From contig NW_018404085.1 of the NCBI RefSeq assembly GCF_002113885.1, forward strand, positions 217,761 through 281,760: a stretch of 64,000 bases of DNA, given 5' to 3'. This document shows positions 38,502 to 50,500 of the stretch, piece after piece. Both the position numbers and the translations under genes were made by a program. This DNA comes from Mizuhopecten yessoensis (taxonomy: Eukaryota). How positions within the stretch are numbered: the first letter of the stretch is position 1; each line of letters starts with the position of its first letter. The notes under the pieces are model-generated. The model saw only the letters and a program-made list of their open reading frames with translations. It did no database searches and had not been told where the DNA came from.

Positions 38502-41500
38502 TGCCCAGTGGTGGGCACAAGCTAACGAAGAAGAAAACCGTCAAAGTAAAGCACAAGAGGAGCTCTTTGTTTTCGGATATGCTTGTAAGGTGTTCCGGGA
38601 TGATGAGAAGGCTAGTTTTGTGGACCAAGAAAAACACCTGATCCCATGGATGTCCGACGACAGAGTTCTTATTGACAGGTCTGTTCTCCATACAACCTCA
38701 GGAGCCACAAAAAAAGGTTTCGATTTGAGTCGATTTTCGCGCATTGTACTAACAACTGACCTTAGTTTTCAGCTTCGTGGATTTACAGGGAGTATGTGTT
38801 TACTGGTATGCATCGGCAATGACCGTTATGTATGCCAGTATTCAGATGAACTCGAGACGAACCCCCTTCTTCTGACCTTGCCCTTGGTTCGGAGAAAGGA
38901 ACGATGACAGACCAGAGTCTCAGACTGATGGACGATGGTGGAAAGACGTCACACTTCCATTGATAGTCAAACAACTTGATAAGACTTTTTCATGTTCTGT
39001 CATATTTATTGAGAATGTCAGCAGTTGGCGTTCGCTGTTGTCCAGATGTTTTCAGGAATTTGTTTTCAGATGTGTCTACCTTGTATATTGATGATGCGAG
39101 ATGCAACAAGAGTGTCATATCAAACTGTATGAACTGGTATGCCATGTAACAGGTATCAGTATGGAACAACACAAAACAACAAGAATTCCACATATTCAAT
39201 GTGGAAGAAAATAAAAAAAAAACTAGTATGTGTATGTTTAAATGTTCCTCATATTGTGCAATTGAATTGGATGAAACACTCGATGAAATCAAGTTTTTAT
39301 CTGTTTTAAAACACATTGCTCCAATTTGTGACTGCACATATTTCATCAAAATGACTAGTGTTTGATAGCATTAAACAGTGGTCATATTCATCCTTTTTTT
39401 GTATCAAATGAAACGAAATATTGGACTCAAATGTTTATTTGTAATTAATCACTTGCCTGGTACCTAGCTTTTGAAAAGACAAGTATTGTCACTGCTACTG
39501 AATAGTAATGAAAAAATATCTGTACTGAAGTACTACCGTTAAATACTCTTAAAAGTTGGCATACAAATTAAAAAAGCTTTGATGATTCAGTGTAAACCTC
39601 TTAGGTATAATAAAAGTGATAGGTTGTGTTACGATCATGAATCAAAGACTTTATTTTGCTGTTAAAACATAACTTAGTGATGCAGGCTTCTTTTATGAAG
39701 ACAGCTCTTACTCCATGACAAAAACAATGTTATGTATGAAACAACTTTTTCTGGAAATCACTTACCAATCCCATCAATCTAAATATGTAGGTACATTGTA
39801 TGTACTATCAATTCCAGGTTATACCGGGTAGAACTTGTAATTTATATCCAAAGGCAACAGCAAACATGCCAAATTTTCAAAGAAAACAAATCATTGACTT
39901 GTATTGAATAATAAATTTCAGTAATCATAAACTGATCTCCTCTCCAAGATAAAGCTAGTACAAATTTGTTTAAAAAAAATATATTTTGAGGTTATGTTGA
40001 TATCAGTGTTACAAGGATGAATATGTGATTTCAAATTGTAGCAAAACATTGCTTCTGGGGAGTAGCTAGGAAGTGAACACACAACATTGATTGTATCATA
40101 CATGCCAGATCTCTCTGCATGAGGCAAAAGTCTCACGGATTTACACCTCCGATAAAGTCTCAAGGCGTGGGACATGAATTAACGGAAATCCTCAAAACCT
40201 CAGTTTTTTTAATGATCGATTGCGATCGGTGAACCATTTTTCCTGTTGTTGTTTACTCGAAGTCTTAAGGGAATCCACAATGTTTTCAGCGATAAATCAC
40301 GAGAGCGATCATGTGATCGAAGAGCTCTTCTCATAACTTTCGGAAAATTAAGCTGGTTGAAATGGCTGGGTTTTTGAAATTGTGAGTTGATTTCAGTGTC
40401 TTTTACAATAGGCAATTGAAATAAATTAATATTATAGATTTAGTTTGATCCTTTCTTATTGTTGTCATTAATTTCCCTGATACTACAGAATGCCTGACAT
40501 TCTTAGTCTTATCACTGCGCAACGGTCTCGGACCTGTCGGCTTCAACATCAAAATTTTCCCGTGAAGTTGATACCTCACTATATCAGTAGAATTAGCAAA
40601 AACATGTTTTCTGTCATGTTTGTAAGGTTAGTTCATTGCTAGAAACTTTGATTAATACTATGTCCGGCTAAGTGTTTCTTTACAAATATAATTTCACTAC
40701 GAAAGTAAAGAGAACGACCGGTAAAGATGGACAAAGTCTTTGTTCTGAATGCAGAAATATGTAATTTAAAAGTTCAAATGCTAAACACAGTTTCTTCACT
40801 TTCACAGCTGATTATTTCTGTCCTCTTGCATTGTTATCCTGTGAAAAACACCGCGAATAAAAACCTCCCTTATTTTAACCTCAATTCCCTTAAAATTATT
40901 GTAAAACTCACAGATTGGTCTCAAAGAATTCTGGCATGTATGTTATAGTTATTCATTATACCCGTGTCATGTATATACTTCTGAGTTTCATCATACAAGC
41001 AACAAGCTTTGCACAGCCATTTATTCAGTTTCAAAAAATTAAAAGCATGATCTTTCAGTTGTTTCTATATTGAGTGTTTATTGATATAAATATAATGGGA
41101 CATTGTATCCCTTGTACATCAAATTCAATCAAATGTTTTGGAAAGCATACAATGAAATATTCTGATTCTTTAAACTACAATGTGTTGATGTGCTTTGCCT
41201 CTATTTTAAATTTTGATACATATGTATAAAATTTAAATACTGAGGTTGCATACACTGATTTAAAGAATAAGCAGTAGTGCAAAAAATGTCCTTTCTCAAT
41301 AATCTAAGCAATATTTCAATCACTTAATGCTGTGTATTGTTAGTATGATGTGGTTTCTATAGTGAAATGGCTGTCTCACTATATGTGCTGTTATTTAATT
41401 GAGTTTATGTTGTGTGACATTTCTGCATTACTCCTTTTCCTCCCTGTGATTAATATGGTTTTGTGCATCAGAAATATTCAGCTGAAATGTAGTCGTCCTG

Positions 41501-44500
41501 ATAAAGGGGGTACATTGATATTGATTATGATGTATATTGTCAGTATGACTTAACATAAACAGTTGGAAAAATTCAAAATTATCTGATAACCTATTTCTAC
41601 TTTTGAAAAAAGATCACAAGGTTATACACAGTAATTTACAACAAAAAATGCATATTTGTCAGCATATATATTATCATTTTGTGACTACAAAGTACGAAAG
41701 TTACGAGTTTTTGAAGATTTTTTCTCATTTAAAGTGGATTCAGAAACTATTTTTCAATCAAACATGCTGCTCAAATCACTTTCCAACTGAAATATGCTTG
41801 TTATAGCTGCAGATGAATACTTTTGATGTGCATTCATGTTTTCATAATATTCACCAAATGTGCCCCTTTATCTAGTTAAACAAATTCTGCTTCCTGCATG
41901 TAAATAGTCTTCTGTTATGCTTGCTCCTACCTGTCCAGGATCACCCAAGCTTTCTTTGTACTGTGTACTTGTTAATATAGGGTGTTTGCAGTGCTTGGGG
42001 AACCATGAGCCTGTCCTTACTGTGTTTTTGTCTGCCGACAGGTATGATGGACGAGGTCACTTGTTTGACCTTTCAGCATATGATGCCAGCAATATTAAGG
42101 ACACAGAACAAACACTGACTGAAGATGAAGAACAGATTGAGAAGCTGTGTGATGAGGAGCGTTTCCTGGAGCTGCGGACAGACCTGGCTGAGAAGACCAT
42201 GTATGAAGGTAGGGGGTTAAAAGTTAGATTCCAATGTTGGAGCTGCAGTAGCTTCTACACTGGACTCGTCAGTAAATAAATGGTATATTTATACTATTTC
42301 AAGTTAAAGTTCATTTTGATGTCTCTTTTGCCAATAAAAGGTCTATTAGAATGTTTAAATCTTTTAGCTGTTGCAAACACATAAAACCTCTGACAAACTT
42401 AGTAGAAAGCAATGAAAGCATATTTGATACATAATTATTATTGATAAACAAACTAGCTAGAACTGACAAACTAGCTTGAACTGACAAACTAAACTGACAA
42501 ACTAGCTAGAACTGACAAACTAAACTGACAAACTAGCTAGAACTGACAAACTAGATAGAACTAACAAACTAAACTGACAAACTAGCTAGAACTGACAAAC
42601 TAAACTGACAAACTAGCTAGAACTGACAAACTAGATAGAACTAACAAACTAAACTGACAAACTAGCTAGAACTGACAAACTAAACTGACAAACTAGCTAG
42701 AACTGACAAACTAGATAGAACTAACAAACTAAACTGACAAACTAGCTAGAACTGACAAACTAAACTGACAAACTAGCTAGAACTGACAAACTAGATAGAA
42801 CTAACAAACTAAACTGACAAACTAGCTAGAACTGACAAACTAAACTGACAAACTAGCTAGAACTGACAAACTAGATAGAACTAACAAACTAAACTGACAA
42901 ACTAGCTAGAACTGACAAACTAAACTGACAAACTAGCTAGAACTGACAAACTAGCTAGAACTGACAAACTATGACAAACTAGCTAGAACTGTTAACACAA
43001 TGTATTGTTTGTGATGCAGAAATATTAAATAGTCTATAAAAACACTACTTTTAATACCATACAAATCTTAATGTACACAATTTTCTAAATATGTTATGTT
43101 TTCAAATCTTGTGAAGCTTTGGCCATTATTCTTTTTCCAAAATGTCTAGAAAATTCACTGATAGCCACCAGTTAACTGTAACTGATGTTTTTTACAGAGG
43201 AGGAGTGGAAGCGTTACTACCTGTCCCTGTCCGAGGGATACAATGCTGTCGGCTTCAGCTATGACTATGCTCAGCAAATGGCAGCTGAGCAACAGCCAGA
43301 GGTCAAAATTGGTGAGAAGATGCCTCTCATTGTACTTCTAAGTGAAAAACTTGTGCATTGTAATGTTAAGACATAGAAACAGGTCAGTTTCAAGATGTGT
43401 AGCAAAGGAGAAAATCACGCCTAATATTGCTCTTTTTTATCATTACCAGGTATATCTGATTATGTTTTCTTTATATGAACACCACTGTAAAAACAAGTCA
43501 GACATTATATATATTTTTTCAAAGAATTTAAGTTCTAGAATTATAAATATATGATATTGTGATTTGTTTGCACAGAAGCAGTAGAAGATAAACCATTTGT
43601 TGTTGCCCCAGAGTTACATGTACCTCCTGAAATCAATGTGGTAAGTTTATCATAATAAACATTCAGAATAAACAGCATAACTGTTTATAATCAAACCAAA
43701 ATAACATTTTAATGAATTGAATTAATCAATACAGTTTGTGCATTGTGATCTTTGCCTCTTGATGATGATATGAAACAATAAAGGAATAGAATTAATATCA
43801 TAGAATTGCATGGTCTGAAAAAAATGTGGAAAATCATCTGTGAACTGTGTTCAGATTTCTTTCGTGCTGCATCAGTGTGAAATTAGCCTAACCGTCAAAG
43901 CCCAAGGCTGTTTTTAGCTCACCTGGCCCGAAGGGCCAAGTGAGCTTATGGCATGGTGCGGCGTCCGTCGTCCGTCCGGCGTCACCTTTTTACTTTAAAC
44001 AACTTCTTCTCAGTAACCAAAAGGCCTAGGGTGAGGATATTTGGCCAGAAGCATGCTTTGATGAAGGGCTACCAAGTTTGTTCAAATAAATGACCTTGGT
44101 TTATATTCAAGGTCACAGGGGTCAAATATGTTAAAAACCTTTCAACAACGTCTTCTGAATAACTGAAAGGCCTAGGGTGATGTCATTTGGCCAGTAACAT
44201 GCTGTGATGAAGGGCTACCAAGTTTGTTCAAATAAATTACCTTGATTTATATTCAAGGTCACAGGGGTCAAATATGTTAAAAACCTTTCAACAACTTCTT
44301 CTGAATAACTGAAAGGCCTAGGGTGATGTCATTTGGCCAGTAACATGCTGTGATGAAGGGCTACCAAGTTTGTTCAAATAAATGACCTTCATCCATTTTC
44401 AAGGTCACATGGGTCAAATATGTTAAAATCTTTATACAACTTCTTCTGAATAACCAAGAGGCATAGGATGATGATATTTTGCTAGTAGCATGCTGGGATG

Positions 44501-47500
44501 AAGGGCTACCAAGTTTGTTCGAATAAATGACCTTGACTTATATTCAAGGTCACAGAGGGCAAATATGTTTAAAACATTTAAACAACTTCTTCTGAATAAC
44601 CAATAGGCCTAGGGGGATGATATTTGGCCAGTAACATGCTTGGATGAAGGGCTACCAAGTTTGTTCAAATAAATGACCTTGGTTTATATTCAAGGTCACA
44701 GGGGTCAAATATGTTAAAAACCTTTCAACAACGTCTTCTGAATAACTGAAAGGCCTAGGGTGATGTCATTTGGCCAGTAACATGCTGTGATGAAGGGCTA
44801 CCAAGTTTGTTCAAATAAATTACCTTGATTTATATTCAAGGTCACAGGGGTCAAATATGTTTAAAACCTTTAAACAACTTCTTCTGAATAACCAATAGGC
44901 CTAGGGTGATGATATTTTGCTAGTAGCATGCTGGGATGAAGAGCTACAAAAGTTTGTTCAAATAAATGACCTTCATCTTTTTTCAAGGTCACAGGGGTCA
45001 AATATGTTTTTAACCTTTAAACAACTTCTTCTGAATAACCAAGAGGCCTAGTATAATGCTAGTAACATGCTGGAATGAAGGACTACCAAGTTTGTTCAAA
45101 TGAATGACCTTGACATATATATATTCAAGGTCACAGGGGTCAAATATGTTTAAAACCATTGAATGACTTCTTCTTAACAAGCAAAAGGCCAAGAGTGATG
45201 ATATTTGGCCATTAACATGCTGGGATGAAGGACTACCAAGTGAATGACCTTCACCCATATTCAAGGTCACAGTGGTCAATATATGTTTAAATCTTTAAAT
45301 CATTTGTTCTGCATAACCAAAAGGTCCAGTGTAATGATATTTTGCCAGATGCATGCTGTGTTCGAAGACTATAAACTCTGTTCAACCTAATGTCCATGTT
45401 CGACATTCAACGCCACAGGCGTCATAAAAAATTATGTTTAAATCTTTAAATAGGTTCTTAGGAATCAAACACTGATATTCTGTCTGTAGATGTATTTTAG
45501 TCCACTTTTTAAGATTACAAGTGTGAGATTAATACCAGGTGAGCGATGCAGGCCCATTGGGCCTCTTGTTTGTGCAAATCTAGTCCAGCTATGTTTATGA
45601 AATTGTATAATGAAGTCTTGTCATACTAATAAATGTATAAAAATGCAACATTGCAGTTTCATTGTGTATGTTAAGATATGTATAACTTTATTACCGTAAA
45701 AACCCATGTAATTTGCGCACCTGTGTAGTTTGCGCATGTACTTTTTGAGGCTGAAAATCGGGAAAAAAGCTTCTACTCGAATATTTTGCGCACCCAAAAA
45801 ATCTGGAAAAAAAAAGATGTTCATGGTCTATGAATAATTTTTTTTAAATATATTTCTATGATTTTTTTTCATTGATGTAAAATGATATTTAAAACCAAGA
45901 AGAAACTACGTAAAATGTGTATTTTGTTGCTTGTTTTCTTTGAATTATCTGATCACACATGACACACACGTGTGCACATATCGGCATACATCAATTCATT
46001 TTAGCAATATTTTACATAAAACATTTACTTGCTTACAAAAACATATCAATTAATAAGTAATTCGATGTTTAGTAACCGCTGATGCATATCTCCTGGTGAA
46101 GGACATAATTAGATACCTTTTATTGATCATAATTACGATCAGTGAAATGGGCTCGATTATGGCGGCTTGGGTTACGTCACTTCAAACCAGGTCATGTCAC
46201 AGTTCAGTTTGGCCACGGAAATAGATTATTTAAGTCCGTGGTTTGGCGATATTTTTTACAAATTACAATGCAGTAATTAGCTATCACTATCTCTGTGATT
46301 ACCCGTTAACAATAGCTCTACTAATTGAAATGATTTGCAGTCGCGATCGACGGACCGTGTTGTTGTTTTTTTCACTCACCAACACGTGGCGTGAATTACG
46401 AAGCCCTACTGCATTGTCATAACAACAGACTGATTTGACTGATAAGGGATTATAAAAAATATGTTTATACTAGAAGCGTGGACAATCAATACATCCTCTT
46501 CAAATCTACTCCAAGGAAAAATATAGTTAACGCAGACTATTTTTACAATGTTTCATTTAATAAATATTGAAATAATTCACGAGGTTATTATCAATCACGT
46601 GTTTACGTAATGTTAGACGTAATGAATCTACATTTTCGTAATAGTATGGGGAAACGCACTGGGGAAACGCACCGAGATGTCGAAACGTAATGTCGTAAGT
46701 TGATCTGGCATAGGAATTTGGCTAAACTTTTTTTGTTAACGGTTACCTATTTAATAATACTTTTCACATAAACTCGCATAACAACACATTATGTATCTTT
46801 TATTAATGCTTGACATAAACAAATTTGTTGACCGTCATTTGTCTTAGAGTTCCGTTTACCAAGGGAAATAATCCAAGATGGCGATCTCCCAGAATCGTCG
46901 ATCTTTTCCTGAAAAAAACTTGAAATTTTCTATACCTGTGTATTTTACGCACCCCCCACTTTGGGTATTAAATTTCTGAAAAAAAAGTGTTTGGGTATTA
47001 AATTTCTGAAAAAAAAGTGCGCAAATTACATGGGTTTTTACTGTATATTGTTGTATGTCATGCATGCGTATGTATAATAGACAAAAATCCTTTTATAGCT
47101 ATCATCATTGGCTTTCAGTTGACCCTTGACATGTAGTAATTTCAGAATTCAAATAACATTTCCCTTGGAATTTTGAGAGTTAAACACTTGTCAAGTAAAC
47201 CTGAGTGTCATAACACATTTTGGGGAGTAAAACATCTACCTCGAAAGCTCCTGAGTGACATTCTATTCTTTCCTTGTAGCCAGAATTAGAGAAACAGAAT
47301 GCTATTATAGAGAAGACTGCTAAGTTCATAGCAGAACATGGAGCTCAGATGGAAATCATTATAAAAACAAAACAGTCCAACAATGCACAGTTTGAATTCA
47401 TGCATTTTGAGAACACGCTGAACCCATATTACAAACACATGGTGAAGATGATAAAGTCAGGGAAGTATCGACCTAAGGCTGAGGAGATACAGGAGGACCT

Positions 47501-50500
47501 TGACAGCAGTAAGTTATTTAATGTTTGTACATATCTACTCTGATAAAGCTTTACCAGCTAGTTAGGATAAGCATAGGAGCGACAACAGCTCCTTCTTAAA
47601 TAATATTTGCTAAGAAATCTGTTAAAAATTCTGTCATGAGTGGTATGTACTGCTTCTTTAATTGCAGCTCAGATCTCAATTAGAACAAAATTGCTTTTAT
47701 TAAATGTTTAATATATCCTACCAGAGACTGTTTACATTCAGTCTGTCAACCAATCCATACATCCTTTTGATGGGAAGACGGGAGTAGATAGTATTTGCTA
47801 CATCTCACTGTCCATGCAGACTGTGCATGGTTTATAATACATATCTCAGCCAATTTTTCATGAATGGGCATCAAACTTTATACAACGGCACATTATGGGA
47901 AAGTTGTATTTCATTTCCTAAAGCAAAGTTTCTGAATATTGCAGGTAGAATAGTTGTATACCATCTTAACTTTGCAAGTGACATACAATTACACCTGGAC
48001 TGAAATTGATTTGATCTGCTGTATCACTGAGAGTCAATAACTCATTGAGTTGATGCATTGCAGGTTACGAAGAGGAACATCCAGACGGATACCTCCATCC
48101 AAGCCTCATGATCCAACGTGCCTCTCCCACCCCTGACCTTAAACCTATTAAGATGCCAACCGGGAGCATCCATGACACTCCCTATGGACAGCTCATCAAG
48201 TCACTTAAACGGTCCAACAAGCAGCATGACAAAGCAAGGCAAGTTCACACACAGGATCACTCTTCTCTTTAGAGTTCACACTGAGGACAACTAAGGATTT
48301 TTGTAATTGATTTCCTACTAATGTGATAACCATTATCACATCTAATGGCTGTGTAATAGCCCAGTAATCTTTACTGCCTTAATGATAACAATTTATTCTT
48401 TATGGTTGTGATGATTCAAAGCATATTTGGTTTACTTAAGCTGTGTAAAATTATGTTTTCTGATGAAAAGAACTGGTTGTTTTAGCAATGACAGCGGAGC
48501 AGACCGACAGCCCCACACAGAAGCGTCAGCCATACAGCCACCCCCACTGCCTCCTTACATGTCTCTACCAGAGTATGGCACTTCCAACTCAAGTTTGCCC
48601 CTCCCGCCGGGGCTGGAGCCTGTCACTCTCCCGTCCGCACACCAGCCCCCACCCCCACCCCCAGGGACAGATGTGGATGGTAACATCTACCTCAGCCAGG
48701 ACAGTCCGGCCAGTGAAGACAGCTCCTCAAGGTAATGTTATATGTATGGACTGTTTTGTTTTAGATTAAAAAGTGCCCATGTCTACAATAGGAATTTAAG
48801 ATCACCTTTAAATATACAGTCATCATGTTGACTAAAACGTTTAGATGCTACTGAAGATTCTTGCTTAAAGCAAAATTCTTTGCAAAAAATTGTATCAAAC
48901 TCAGTCTTTAACAAATTATGAACAGACTTCCTCCGGCACACATACACACATGCACCCATACACAACACACATGGAGGCACGTCCTTAAGTGACCTTAGCT
49001 GTTTATAACATTAAACCCCATACAACAAATCAGCCCTGTTGTTTATTATAATCATGTTCTCATATATTCATATACATTATTGGATATTTAATTTATACAA
49101 TGATTGTGTATGTTGTGTTAACAGGGATTCCTTTAGCATACCTGGTGCTCCACAGATTGTTCCACCCCCACCTGACCTTCAGCCTGTCATAGACAGAATG
49201 GCAATGTATGTTGCCAAGAATGGGGTGGAGTTTGAAATTGTTGTGAAAAGTAAAAACGATCCTAGATTTGCATTCTTGGAATCCTACCATGTCCATTTCC
49301 CATACTACAACTTCAAGAAAAATATCCATATCACAGTAAGTAATCAGTTTTTTTCTACTGTACACTGTAAGAGACCTCTCATATATATATGCCTGTGTTA
49401 GATACATACACGTACACTTGTATCAAAATACATAGATTTAAACACATATTAAAGTACCTATTAATATTCCTCCCTGGAAGAAAATGAACTAATATATAAA
49501 CATCTGTTTTGAAATTATATTATGTAAACCTGTTGCACAATACCTTTATCCATACCAGATCTTTCATTTTGTCATCTGCTTGACAGGAGACAGCCAAAGA
49601 GAAGAGGCGCTTGGAAAAGGAACGGCCTAAAGGGGTGAGCTTCAGCATCAAAGGCAAGCCTCGGGAACAGGAAAGTGCTTCATTGGAAAAACGTCAGGTG
49701 TTTGATAATGATAGCAGTGATGAAGAAGGTATGGAACCTTAATGTCCAAAAATAAACTTAAAATGTTCTATTCTTTCAATTAAAAAGTATTGAAAGTGAA
49801 AAACTCAGTTTCAAATTGTTAAAGAAGAGCTCTTTTTCAGGAAAAGCAGAATATCAGATCCACTTTAACTGTAAAAAGGACATGAATTTGCAAGTGAAGG
49901 CAGTGAGAGTATGGATAGAAAGCTTTAATGTGTTTTAAAATAACAGATCAAAAGATGACATATGCTTGTCTGCAGGTGATCGGGACAAGCTATACAAGTC
50001 AGACTTATCAGGGACATCCACACCTGTTGATGCAGATTTCATGTTGATGGAAAATACAAGACCAGATACTTCAAGGTCAGATACTTCAAGGTCAGATTAT
50101 TCAAGGGCAGAACAGCCTCGGGCGGAATATTCTAGGGCAGAGAACAAAGTTGATCGGGCAGAGTTGATCGAGAAGTTAGAACGAAAACAGGGTGAGTATA
50201 CAAAAGAGGTGATTCTTTGCTCTTGATCAAACTTTATACATTTCACCACATAGGGGGAGTACTTTTATAATCTCAATGAATGTGTAATGGGTAGTTTTAT
50301 AATCTTTACGAATGGTAAGCATAAGTGAAATACAGAACTACCAAAGCATTCATTTCAAAAGTTGTTGAAGTGTAACTGTTAAAAGAAGGTTTAAGATAAT
50401 TGATGAAAAAAGATGTTGCTTGAGGCCTTTTTTATGTTTTGAAGATATAAGTGGCTTACTGGTCGATCTCAACTTGTTATAAATGTATAGCCCATTAAGG

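Noticed and set aside
43755-43825. C/D snoRNA-like ATGATGA...CTGA in an SFSWAP intron
   Set aside because: Too short, no terminal stem, and no recognisable rRNA guide.
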